From contig CAZGJX010000029.1 in the NCBI GenBank assembly GCA_964525635.1, positions 1 to 39,032 on the forward strand: 39,032 nt of DNA. The letters are read 5' to 3'. Positions 28,707-38,770 of the stretch are shown in pieces. The stretch's first letter is position 1. Every line of letters starts with the position of its first letter. Below the pieces are notes generated by a model. It had not been told where the DNA came from and did no database searches. It was given only the letters and a program-made list of their open reading frames with translations. The DNA is from an uncultured archaeon (GTDB lineage Archaea > Asgardarchaeota > Lokiarchaeia > Sigyniarchaeales > SOKP01). The translations under genes were made by a program, and so were the position numbers.

Positions 28707-29073
28707 CTTCCTTATTTGAATTGTTGTATATTAATATTATCAATTAATTAATTAGAAAAAAAAGTATATAATTATTAGGATTTTATTAAATTAAAAATTT
28801 ACTTTTTAATGATTTAATATCCATGATATTCATCTAAGTTTAATAAAAAGTTAGAAAATATTATTCTATTATGAATAATATTGATTTTAATATCTTTATT
28901 TATTATATTTATTTATACTCTTGATAGAATAGTGAAAATTCTTTAGCTACTAAAATCTAAAAAAAAGAGCTAATCAAACATCTATCAATAATAAAAATAG
29001 GAAAAATAAAAAGATAAATAACTTTTAATTTTGTTTTTAATAAAATTTAACATTCTTAAAATTCTAAATATTA

Positions 29074-29610
29074 TTGCATAAAATGGTCAAAATAGGAATA
29101 ATTTCTGATACTCATATTAATAATTTTAGTGATAGAAAATATAAGATCTTAATAGACCAATTGAGAGAGATCTTTAAAGATGTCGATAGAGTGATTCATG
29201 CTGGAGATATATGTAAGGAAGAACTTTTAGTTGAATTGAAAAAAATTGCTCCTGTACAATGCGTTGCTGGGGAAAATGATGAAATCATTAATTTAAAAAG
29301 ATATATAGAGATTAAGATTAAACAATATAATATTGGTATTATACATCAATTACCTAAAGATTTAGAACTCTTTTGTAAGGAAAAAAATTTAATTGGAGGG
29401 ATTTTAATTTATGGACATACACATAAACCGTTAATAAAAGGAACACCCTTTAATGTATTGTTATTAAATCCCGGTTCTCCAACCGAACCTAAAGCTCCAA
29501 ACAAAATTAAAGGTTTTAAAAATCCTATTGCTAGACCAAGTGTAATGATTTTAAATATTGAAAAGGGGATTGTCTCAACATTTATAATTAATTTAAAATT
29601 TCATGATTAA
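29074..29610 (+). CDS. YfcE/Vps29-family metallophosphoesterase
   Basis: IGIISDTH, IHAGD, GEND, YGHTH, LNPGS. Start is probably ATG 29083. Confidence 0.9.
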   Translation: MHKMVKIGIISDTHINNFSDRKYKILIDQLREIFKDVDRVIHAGDICKEELLVELKKIAPVQCVAGENDEIINLKRYIEIKIKQYNIGIIHQLPKDLELFCKEKNLIGGILIYGHTHKPLIKGTPFNVLLLNPGSPTEPKAPNKIKGFKNPIARPSVMILNIEKGIVSTFIINLKFHD

Positions 29611-29713
29611 TATAAGTTAAAATTAAATATCAGAATTATATTATTATAAATACTAATAACAAATATGCGAGATTTGTTTCAAAGATATAAAGATTTAAAA
29701 TATGTGAGGTTTT

Positions 29714-30112
29714 ATGGTAACAAGATTGGAGCTTGTTCTTAGAGAATTAAATGAAAACGGTAATTTTAGAGCATCGTTATTTTCTACATCTACAGGTTTA
29801 GTTTTAGCTTCTCAAAAAGTAGATGAGACTGATGAGAAATCTATAGCCGCTATGAGTTCATTATTAAGTGATGCAGCAGATAAGGCAAGAGAAGAATTAA
29901 ATTTATCTACATTAGAGACTGTCAAAATCAAATTTTTAGATGATTTAATTATAATGAGAAATATATTGATTCCTGAAGGTGACACTAACTTTATATTAGC
30001 AATTTTGGCAAAACTTCCAGAATCTGATGATGTAGAACATTATTATGATCAATTACTTGATTGGGCAATTAAAAATAGTAAAGAAGATTTAATTAAAATA
30101 ATCTCTATTTAA
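29714..30112 (+). CDS. roadblock/LC7 (MglB/LAMTOR-like) domain protein
   Basis: ASLFSTSTGLVLAS...IAAMSSLL pattern; GAGGT RBS. Confidence 0.8.
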   Translation: MVTRLELVLRELNENGNFRASLFSTSTGLVLASQKVDETDEKSIAAMSSLLSDAADKAREELNLSTLETVKIKFLDDLIIMRNILIPEGDTNFILAILAKLPESDDVEHYYDQLLDWAIKNSKEDLIKIISI

Positions 30113-30285
30113 TTAATTCAATTTCATCTTTTTTAGTTTTTTAAAGTTTTTAAATGTCAAATTCCCCCTATTTTATGAATTTTTGGAATCTAATTATTTG
30201 AAATAAGTATATTTTTAGTGGTTACTTAATACTATTAATACATTTAACTAAAAATGAACTGATTAATTCACTCAATATTAATAAG

Positions 30286-31146
30286 ATGAATTTAAATAAA
30301 TTACGAATAGAAGAAATATTAAAGAAATTTCTTGAAGAAGATTGCTATTTTAAAGATATAAGCTCTGAAGTTATACAAAAAGATTCTAATATTTCAGCAA
30401 AAATTCTTGCTAAAAGTGATGGTTATATATCTGGATTAGATGAAATAAAAATCCTTTTTAATCTATTGGATATTAAGGTAGTTCTTTATAAAACAGACGG
30501 AGAAAAAATCATATCTGGAGATATCATAGCTTTATTAGAAGGAAATACAAGAAATATACTTTTAGGAGAAAGATTGGCACTCAATCTTCTAATACATATG
30601 AGTTCAATAACTACAACAACTAGAGAATATATAAATATTGTGAAAAGGATGGGAAAAAAAGTAATAATCGCATGTACAAGAAAAACTCTCCCTGGACTTC
30701 GTATATTTCAAAAAAAAGCAGTAGAATTAGGAGGTGGTGATACTCATAGATTTTCCTTAGATGATATGATACTATTGAAAGATACTCATTTAAAATATTA
30801 TAAAGGAAATATAGAAAAATTATTAGAAAAAATGAAAGAAAAGGCTAGTTTTTCTAAAAAAATTGAAATTGAAGTTGAAAAAGTAGAAGATATCATAATT
30901 GCGGCAAAAAATGGAGCTGATATAATAATGTGTGATAATATGACTCCTGATGATGTAAAAAAATCTATCGAATTATTAGATAAATCAAATTTGAGAAAAA
31001 ATAAAAAAATTTTAGTAGAAGTCTCTGGAGGGATAACAATTAATACTATTCAAAATTATTTAGAAGCAAATCCTGATATAATAAGTTCAAGTGATATTAC
31101 TCTCTTTCCATCAATAAAAGTTGATCTTTCTCTTCGGTTTGATTGA
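30286..31146 (+). CDS. nadC: nicotinate-nucleotide pyrophosphorylase (quinolinate phosphoribosyltransferase)
   Basis: GERLALN, TRKTLPG, HRFSLDD, KDTH, EIEVE, DIIMCDNM, EVSGGI. Confidence 0.93.
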   Translation: MNLNKLRIEEILKKFLEEDCYFKDISSEVIQKDSNISAKILAKSDGYISGLDEIKILFNLLDIKVVLYKTDGEKIISGDIIALLEGNTRNILLGERLALNLLIHMSSITTTTREYINIVKRMGKKVIIACTRKTLPGLRIFQKKAVELGGGDTHRFSLDDMILLKDTHLKYYKGNIEKLLEKMKEKASFSKKIEIEVEKVEDIIIAAKNGADIIMCDNMTPDDVKKSIELLDKSNLRKNKKILVEVSGGITINTIQNYLEANPDIISSSDITLFPSIKVDLSLRFD

Positions 31147-31155
31147 ACATAAATA

Positions 31156-31548
31156 TTAATCAATGATAATTTCATTCATAGAACATATAACATCTTTAAT
31201 ATTTGATAATTTATTTTTAAGATCTTTAATTAAACCAAGTTTTCCAACAACAATAATTATTTCAATTTTTTTTTCCGCAATTCTCCAATCAGTAGCAGTT
31301 TTAATAATCTGATTATATTGTGAATAAAGTTCAGATATCTCATTTATAATTATTTCTCTGATAGGATAAACTAAATATATGGATATAATTCTATATCCTT
31401 CTAAATTCTCAAATTTTTCATAATTTTCTATAAATTTAACGATTGATTCTCGTAGAGCTTGACTTTTTGAATCAAATCCGCTTATTTTTCTAACTTTTTC
31501 AAATTTTTGCAATAAATCTTCAGAAATCTGGAGTGAAATAATAGGCAT
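31156..31548 (-). CDS. CopG/NikR-like ribbon-helix-helix regulator
   Basis: IISLQISEDLLQKF...SKSQALRESI RHH plus NikR-C/ACT-like domain; no His residues. Confidence 0.8.
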   Translation of the reverse strand: MPIISLQISEDLLQKFEKVRKISGFDSKSQALRESIVKFIENYEKFENLEGYRIISIYLVYPIREIIINEISELYSQYNQIIKTATDWRIAEKKIEIIIVVGKLGLIKDLKNKLSNIKDVICSMNEIIID

Positions 31549-31611
31549 AATTAATTAATAAATTCCAAAGAAATAAAAAATTTATTTTTCCAATAAAGGT
31601 TTTTTATTAAC

Positions 31612-32451
31612 TTACAAGAATTTTTGTATAAAGCTAATGCTATTAGGGATATCTTCTGAATTTGATAGTTCAATTATTAAAGAATCTTTATATTGATATT
31701 CTCTTAAATAATGAAAAATTTCATCAAAATCTATATTGCCTGAACCTAGTTGAGGATGTTTATCACTTTCTTTATCAAAATTATCGACCAAGTGAATATT
31801 TTTTATTCGTTGATAGAGATTTTTCCATAAATCTGATATACTTCCTCCACATGTCCAAAAGTGAGATGTATCATAAGTTAAAAAAATATTGTTGTAATTG
31901 ATTTTGTTAAAAAAATCTCTAAATTCATTAACATTTAAAAAGATATTTAACATTTTAGGCATATTCTCTAAGCATATTAAAATATCCATACTCTTAGTTG
32001 AATCTAATAAATAAATCATATTTTCCAAAAATATTTTCCAGTTTATCTTTCTTAGAGGTTCAATTAGAAAATTAGCCATTCCAGGGTGAATAGTTATGAT
32101 ATCTGCCCCTATTTTTTTAGTCAACTCTATTGCTTTAATATATGAATCAATAGAGGCCTGAGATATGTTATTATTAAATGAACAGAGAGAGAGATCAATG
32201 AATGGGGCATGTATCTGTTTTTCAATTGAAAATGAGTTACACAATTCAATAAAAATAGCTTCATTTTCCTGTGAAAGCATAATTGGGGGCTCTAAAACAA
32301 TTTCACATACTTCTATATGATATTTTTCTGCTTCTTTTAGACAATCTCTGGTAGCCTCTATCATTAATTCCATCAATGAACTATAATTATGAAATTTACC
32401 ATAATTGACTATATAACCAAGAGAACTTATTCCCAATTTCAATTTTTTCAA
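31612..32451 (-). CDS. sugar phosphate isomerase/epimerase (AP endonuclease 2 TIM-barrel family)
   Basis: IHAPFIDL, TIHPG, LENMP, DTSH, IHLVDN, H..LGSGNIDF, IIE. Confidence 0.88.
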   Translation of the reverse strand: MKKLKLGISSLGYIVNYGKFHNYSSLMELMIEATRDCLKEAEKYHIEVCEIVLEPPIMLSQENEAIFIELCNSFSIEKQIHAPFIDLSLCSFNNNISQASIDSYIKAIELTKKIGADIITIHPGMANFLIEPLRKINWKIFLENMIYLLDSTKSMDILICLENMPKMLNIFLNVNEFRDFFNKINYNNIFLTYDTSHFWTCGGSISDLWKNLYQRIKNIHLVDNFDKESDKHPQLGSGNIDFDEIFHYLREYQYKDSLIIELSNSEDIPNSISFIQKFL

Positions 32452-32553
32452 CTATTTCTTAGTAGTTTATTCTTTTTTATTTATAAATAAAATGTCTCAA
32501 AAAAACCTTATTCTAAGAAAATAAGTTAATGGCTAAAGATTATCTTTATGAAT

Positions 32554-33201
32554 TTAGCTTGAAAAATTGTCTTTATAATCTTTTATAAAAATTTCATAAT
32601 CTTTTATAGGTAAAATATAAGGATCACCAATCTGTAATGCGCCCCAATATATCTTAGCTAATTTTTCGACAAGTTCAGCGTATTTTAATGTATGTTCAAC
32701 CGTTTTTCCACAAACAATTACCCCATGGTTCGCTAATAAAGCAGCATTTTTAATTCCTAAAGTTTCTATTGCAGCTTTACCAATTTTTTTTGTATGGGCC
32801 GTTTCAAACTTAGAAACATTAATTGAACCCCCCAATAAAATTACTTGTTCTTCCATGATGATTGGTATTTTCATATGCACAATTGAAAGAATAGTTGCAT
32901 ATTCTGAATGTGTATGAATTATACATTGAACTTTGTTACGAGTTTTATATATCATAGAGTGCATTTCTGTTTCTGAAGAAGGAATCTTATCATTATTCAG
33001 AATTTCCCCATTGAAACTCATATGAACTATATCATCTTTAATTAGATTTTCATAATCATTAAGAGATGGAGTTATAAAAAATTCTTCTTTTTCATCATAT
33101 CTAATACTAACGTTTCCCTCCCATTTCTCAACTAGACCTTTATTATATATCGCTTTAGCAACCTTAACAACGTCTAAACAATATTCTTCTTCTTTTCTCA
33201 T
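32554..33201 (-). CDS. class II aldolase/adducin family protein (FucA-like)
   Basis: GNVS, ITPS, PSSETEMH, IHTHS, LLANHG. Confidence 0.9.
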   Translation of the reverse strand: MRKEEEYCLDVVKVAKAIYNKGLVEKWEGNVSIRYDEKEEFFITPSLNDYENLIKDDIVHMSFNGEILNNDKIPSSETEMHSMIYKTRNKVQCIIHTHSEYATILSIVHMKIPIIMEEQVILLGGSINVSKFETAHTKKIGKAAIETLGIKNAALLANHGVIVCGKTVEHTLKYAELVEKLAKIYWGALQIGDPYILPIKDYEIFIKDYKDNFSS

Positions 33202-33290
33202 CTTATCTGTTTTTTTGTATATTATAATTTAAGATAATAAGAAACAATTTTGAATTATGAAACCTATTTAATCAAATTATTATAATAATC

Positions 33291-33761
33291 TTATAAACAA
33301 GTAAGTAATGATATTATATTTTTACCCATTCGATATTGTTTAACTTGGTTATATAATAATGGCCCTTCTCCTATTATTTGATAATCTAATCTTTCAAATA
33401 AACATTGGGCTGTTTTTACAGAATTCAATTTAATATAAGGTATACCTAATCCTGTAGCAATCCGTTCAATATGATCTATAATATTTTTTCCTATTCCTTG
33501 ACATCGATATTTCTCTTCAACAACTAAATATTTGATTTCTCCTTCATATTCATTGTTTGTATGAAAACGAGCAGTCCCTATAATCTTATCATCTAATAAA
33601 GCTATAAAATGAAAAACTCTTTCGTTATAGGAATCCATTTCATCTTTTTCAGAACCTCTTGGTTTGTTCCATGGGCTTCTAAGCACTTCCCATCTTAACT
33701 CATACATCCTTTCATATTCTTCTTTACCATAAGGTTCTCTTATGATCAGTATATCCTTCAT
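33291..33761 (-). CDS. GNAT-family acetyltransferase
   Basis: LRWEVLRSPW, IIGTAR, VEEKYRCQGIG acetyl-CoA motif. Confidence 0.88.
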   Translation of the reverse strand: MKDILIIREPYGKEEYERMYELRWEVLRSPWNKPRGSEKDEMDSYNERVFHFIALLDDKIIGTARFHTNNEYEGEIKYLVVEEKYRCQGIGKNIIDHIERIATGLGIPYIKLNSVKTAQCLFERLDYQIIGEGPLLYNQVKQYRMGKNIISLLTCL

Positions 33762-33896
33762 TTTATGAGGACTATTTAATTTAATATGAACTATTTACCT
33801 AAGAATTATGGAGGACATATAAAGTTTTTTCAATGATTTTCTATTTATATTATTTACAACATAATAAATAATTATTTCATAGTTAAATCAAATTAT

Positions 33897-33925
33897 CCCT
33901 TCCTCAAAAATGGAGGGCTTTTTTT
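33897..33925 (+). terminator. GC-rich hairpin followed by T7 (intrinsic-terminator-like), with no upstream plus-strand gene
   Basis: CCCTTCC-TCAAAAAT-GGAGGG-C-TTTTTTT. Confidence 0.3.
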
Positions 33926-34201
33926 GATCAATAATTAATTGTTTAAACTTATTCTACTTTTAAATAATAGAATTAAGAGTTATAAAATTAATTATAACCC
34001 TTGACTCTTAATATAGAAATTGAGAATTTAAAAATATATAAATTATTACATATTAGTTTTTGAACTAATATTAATGAAGAATCAATGTATTTAATAAAGC
34101 ATATTTTTTTATTAAATCTATAAAAATTAATAATTCAATTATATTATTAATTATTCAATATCTACCTATTTATCATTAATCTTTTCAATTAGGTTTCATT
34201 A

Positions 34202-34600
34202 TTGGCTAAAATACTTCAAGACATATGGATATTAGAATCACTATCCGGGATTGTTTTATTCCATAGAGTTTTTGATAAAGAAATGGATGTTCATCTTTTT
34301 GGTGGATTGATGAGTGCCCTAAATTCATTTGCAGAAGTATTAGTAAAAGAAGGCCTTTCAAGTTTTGAATTATCAAGAAAACGATTTGCTATATTAAAAA
34401 GAAAATATTACTTATTTATTGGAAATTCTTCGATAAAAACAAAAGAAAAGAAGTTAATTGAAGAATTAAACGAAATAGCATATAAATTCCTTAAATTATA
34501 TAATGATATTCTTGAAAGTTGGCATGGAGATATATCTATATTTACTGATTTTGAATCTGAAATTCAGAACTCACTAAAAGGAGAGATTTCTAAATCATAA
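34202..34600 (+). CDS. longin-like domain protein
   Basis: IWIL..SGIVLFHR...LFGGLMSALNSFA...F.DFE.EI pattern; TTG start. Confidence 0.75.
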   Translation: MAKILQDIWILESLSGIVLFHRVFDKEMDVHLFGGLMSALNSFAEVLVKEGLSSFELSRKRFAILKRKYYLFIGNSSIKTKEKKLIEELNEIAYKFLKLYNDILESWHGDISIFTDFESEIQNSLKGEISKS

Positions 34601-34633
34601 ATATCCTTTAGATAAATCAAATCTATTTATGCT

Positions 34634-35104
34634 CTAAATATCATTTTCATTAATCTGGTTAGCACCTTCTGAAGTATATTTATAAAGATTAGCGTTTTCT
34701 ACATTTTCTAACTTCCTAATATCTTCAATTAAGGAACCTGGCGATATCCTAGCTGGAGAGGAAAAAAAGATCCCAAAATAGCAAGTATTTTTATGTGTAC
34801 AAAAACCTGTTGATGTAATTATATCATTTTTTTTTTCCTTTATTATGTTAAGGCTACTATGTAGCAATTCAGGTATGATTATTGGAGTTCTTACCTCTAA
34901 AAGATATATAATTTTATATTTAGTTGGAAATAAGGATAAATGAATATGTAGTTCACCATGTGGGTCCTCTCGAAAGCTTGTTAAAAAAAAGTATTCAAAT
35001 TGATTGACTCCCAATTCTTCTTCTAATTTAATAGGTAAATTCCATTTTTTAATCATTTCACTGGTGTATAATTTTCCATTGAAATGGTCAACTATATTAT
35101 CCAT
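34634..35104 (-). CDS. hypothetical protein, possible AbrB-like N-terminus plus ACT-like C-terminal domain
   Basis: NLPIKLEEELGV; C-terminal beta-alpha-beta-beta-alpha-beta-like pattern ending IEDIRKLENVENA. Confidence 0.5.
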   Translation of the reverse strand: MDNIVDHFNGKLYTSEMIKKWNLPIKLEEELGVNQFEYFFLTSFREDPHGELHIHLSLFPTKYKIIYLLEVRTPIIIPELLHSSLNIIKEKKNDIITSTGFCTHKNTCYFGIFFSSPARISPGSLIEDIRKLENVENANLYKYTSEGANQINENDI

Positions 35105-35192
35105 AATTATAATTATTGTTATATAAATAAAAATTTTAATTTATTTCTCAATAAGTTTATAATAATTTTTATTTTTTCTGAATTTTATATTC

Positions 35193-36053
35193 TCAAACTA
35201 TTCTTTTTATTTTTCTTTTTGTATATAGTGTATTGAGATTCTCAAGAATTAAGTTTGAAATATTCTCATGCTTAAACCTTGATGGTTTTAATTGAAATGA
35301 GAAATCTGATGCTAAATTAAGATTTAGTTTGGTTAATTTCTTAATCATTATTAAGACACTAGCCGAGCTATTTCCTAAAAATTTTGCTTTTTCAGAAACT
35401 AAATCCTCAAATTTATCATCATCAACAAGATAGTTTATATAACCCCATTTATGCATTTGTGTAGCAGAAAATAATTCTCCGGAATATAGAAGTTTCATAG
35501 TTCTTGCTAATCCTACATTCTTTATCATTTTCTGAGTTCCTCCTCCTGCAGGAAAAATACCTCTTGATATTTCAGAAAATCCAAAAATTGAGCGAATACT
35601 TGAAATAATAATATCACAGCAGAGGGCTAATTCAAAACCCCCCCCTAAAGCATAACCATCAATTGCAGCAATCAAAGGTTTGGAGAAATTTTCAATAGAT
35701 TTAAAATATTTATGAAGCAGATACGTGGAAAATGATTTGTGATATGGTTGTGTTGGATTTATATTTAATTCAGAAAACCTATTTAAATCGATTCCTGATG
35801 AAAAAGAAGGTTTTTTAGTATAGGATTTTATTCCTCTTAAAACTATGCACTTTATCTCTGGAATTAATTCTATTTCGCCTAATATTGATGTAATTTCCTT
35901 GAATGTTTCTATTGTTAGCGCATTCAAATGATTAGGACGATTTAATGAAATAACAACGTATTTTCCGTCTATAGTTCCCTCCTTATTTTTATAAATCTCA
36001 ATGTCGACTGGTGTATCTATATTAATATATTTATAATTAAAAATTTCAATCAT
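35193..36053 (-). CDS. enoyl-CoA hydratase/isomerase family protein
   Basis: LNRPNHLNAL, FSSGIDL, KPLIAAIDGYALGGGFELAL, FSEISRGIFPAGGG (both catalytic Glu). Confidence 0.92.
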   Translation of the reverse strand: MIEIFNYKYINIDTPVDIEIYKNKEGTIDGKYVVISLNRPNHLNALTIETFKEITSILGEIELIPEIKCIVLRGIKSYTKKPSFSSGIDLNRFSELNINPTQPYHKSFSTYLLHKYFKSIENFSKPLIAAIDGYALGGGFELALCCDIIISSIRSIFGFSEISRGIFPAGGGTQKMIKNVGLARTMKLLYSGELFSATQMHKWGYINYLVDDDKFEDLVSEKAKFLGNSSASVLIMIKKLTKLNLNLASDFSFQLKPSRFKHENISNLILENLNTLYTKRKIKRIV

Positions 36054-36304
36054 AAGAATTCCTTTTTATAATCAGCGGGAATATAATTATCTTTTAGTTC
36101 TTATAATATCTCATTCATTGAATTAATAATCTTTGTTTTAATAACTTTTTTAAAATTAATTCATTCTATAATTCTCCATATTACTTTAAATAATACCTAG
36201 CGTTTTTAAACTATAAAGGTATCTATACCAATTTTTCATATGAAATAAAAGGAATCATTAATTTATTCTTTTAGTTTTATCAAAAAACAAAATAAAATTA
36301 TTAA

Positions 36305-37270
36305 ATGTGTAAAATTATGAAGAAAATTCCCAAAATATTAATAGCAAATCTATTTTTAGTAGTTTTTTTAGTCTTTTCAACTCCATCAATAAATAATAAT
36401 TCTTCAGTAAATAATCTTAAAACACAAGAAGAAGTAGGTCAAGTTTGGATGACTGGTACGGGAGATTTAGAAGGAGTAGATGAATTTGACATAGATATTT
36501 ATTTAAACTCAGGAACATCGCTTGTTGCTGCATATGGAATTATATTAGAATGGGATCCTAACATAATTCAAATATCAGGTGGTGTAGACGGTGTGAATGA
36601 AGGCGCTGACGGATTTATAATGGCAGAAAATGTTAATAACACAGGAGGAAGGGTATTTGTAGCTGGTTTTGATGCTATGGGTGCACCTGCAAGTGAAGAA
36701 TTTCATTTATTAATAATTACAATGACAAGGATAAATTATGGAACAACTGAATTGAATTTAACTGTTGAGAGTTTAGTTAATGAAAGTACTAATCCGATTG
36801 GTCTGGTAGAAGGGCTAAATAGTAGTATAACACTATTTCCAGCAGCTGATCCAATTCTCTCTCATCCTCCTAATATATCTTTTGAAGAGGGTGAAACTGG
36901 AAATATAATAACTTGGACGGCAACTGATGCCTCTCCTGATGAATATACAATTACTGTTGATGGATCTGTTGATGAAACTGATACATGGACCTCTGGTAGT
37001 GTATTTACATATAATGTTGATGATTTATTAGAGGGAACTCACACGGTTGTTATTGAAGTTACTGATGAATTAGGTCATAGTACTTCAGATACTGTAATTG
37101 TTGAAGTAACAAAAGATGATACAACAACAACAACAACCACCTCAACAACAAGTGATACTACAACACCTACAGATTCTGATGGTCTTCCGGGATATGATAT
37201 TTTAATTTTTATGATATCTTTAGGATTGATTACTCTAGCAATGATATACATCAAAAGAAAGAGGATGTAA
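36305..37270 (+). CDS. surface protein: signal peptide, cohesin-like domain, one Ig-like repeat, Thr-rich linker, PGY-TM-basic sorting signal
   Basis: FDIDIYLNSGTSLVAAYGIILEWDPNIIQ...FHLLIITM...GTTELNL; poly-Thr; LPGY + TM + KRKR. Confidence 0.8.
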   Translation: MCKIMKKIPKILIANLFLVVFLVFSTPSINNNSSVNNLKTQEEVGQVWMTGTGDLEGVDEFDIDIYLNSGTSLVAAYGIILEWDPNIIQISGGVDGVNEGADGFIMAENVNNTGGRVFVAGFDAMGAPASEEFHLLIITMTRINYGTTELNLTVESLVNESTNPIGLVEGLNSSITLFPAADPILSHPPNISFEEGETGNIITWTATDASPDEYTITVDGSVDETDTWTSGSVFTYNVDDLLEGTHTVVIEVTDELGHSTSDTVIVEVTKDDTTTTTTTSTTSDTTTPTDSDGLPGYDILIFMISLGLITLAMIYIKRKRM

Positions 37271-38770
37271 AAAACTATTAAAAAAAATTTTTTTTATTTT
37301 TTTTATTTCATATAATTATTTAATTAGAAAGGTGAAAAATAATTGTATGAGATAGTAAGAATCTATAATTTATGATTCTTTTTAATCAAAAGATTAGAAA
37401 ATATTACCAAAAGTGACTAGAATAAATGAAAAAATATCATAAACTATTAATTGGGGGTCTAATTTTAGTATTTTTTATAATTATGCCAATTTCATCTAAT
37501 AATTATTTTATTAATATTAATACGCTTAAAACACAATATGAAGTTGGTCAAGTTTGGATGAGTGAAAGTGAAATCACCGCCGAGAGTGGTGAAATAATCT
37601 CTACTGAGATATATGTAAATAGTGGAACTGAATGTTTGAGTTATTATGATATTATGTTATTATGGAATCCATCTATATTTGATATCTCAGATAGCGGGTA
37701 TGGAGTTCAAGCTGGCCCTGATGGCTTTTTGTCATCTATAGTATATAGATATGGGGAGGTAATAATAACTGGATTTGATACAAGTGGTACGGGCCCCGGT
37801 GAACGATTACATATATTAACTATTGAATGGTTTGTAGGAGGAGATCCCGGTACAAGCTCATTAGATATAATTGTTAATGAATTATCAGATTCATCAGGTA
37901 GCACTATTGGAATCCTCGAAGGTATAAGTAGTGTTGTAACCAATATTGGGCCAGAAAGGCCACATATAACTCCCCCTAATGATATTATGTATGAGGAAGA
38001 TATGACGGGAAATGAAATTTCATGGACTGCTTATGATGGAGAACCCACTAATTATAAGATTAAGAAAGATGGAACTATTGTGGACTCTGGAACTTGGAGT
38101 TCAGGTATCCCTATAACAATTAGTGTTGATGGATTAATTCAAGGCTCTTATTTATACTCTTTAAAAGTATATGATAATTGGGGAGATTACACGATAGATA
38201 ATGTAAATGTCACTGTATCTGCAGTAGAATATCCAATCATTATATCTAATGTTTCAGATATTTCTTTTGAAAAAGGTATGATAGGGAACATAATTTCTTG
38301 GAATGTTACCGATTCCTTTCCAGACGAATATACTATTACCCTAGATGGTTTTATTGAAGAAAGTGGCCAATGGACTTCTGGAATTACCATTGATTTTAAT
38401 GTAGACAGTTTAGAAGTAGATAATCATACAATTATTATTGATTTATCTGATAAAGGAGGTCATACTACAATCAATATTGTATATGTAAATATATTACCCT
38501 CTAGTAATCCAATCATATCTGATGCTTCAGATATATCTTTTAAAGAAGGTGAAACTGGGAATGATATTACTTGGATCGCAACTGATGCTTTTCCAGATAA
38601 TTATACTATTAATATAGACGGAACTATTGAAGAGACTGGAACTTGGACTTCGAATAATGAGATAATATATAATGTTGATAATTTATCAGAAGGTATTCAT
38701 ACAGTTATTATTTATATATTTGATAAAGCAGGTAATAATGCTTCTGATATAGTTATTGTTGAAGTTCTGG
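36851..38770 (+). repeat. four copies of a ~90-codon Ig-like repeat (about 36851-37110, 37960-38220, 38232-38495, 38509-38770)
   Basis: Shared P..DISF.EG.TGN.I.W.A.D..PD.Y.I..DG...E.G.WTS....NVD.L.EG.H.....D..G....D.V.V.V. Similarity is visible at DNA level between the first and last copies. Confidence 0.85.

Noticed and set aside
36072-36081. TCAGCGGGAA 10-mer also present near 7928
   Set aside because: Single short match with unrelated flanks; probably chance.
37120-37150. (ACA)n microsatellite as a contingency locus
   Set aside because: In-frame triplets encoding the poly-Thr linker; length change would not switch phase.
1893-38390. Short antisense or overlapping ORFs in the track (e.g. 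1893, 2528, 3196, 3575, 8448, 11453, 11885, 12309, 14989, 15820, 17618, 23540, 23873, 24420, 25209, 31662, 37707, 38187)
   Set aside because: They shadow well-supported genes on the opposite strand or frame, lack motifs and have antisense-like composition.
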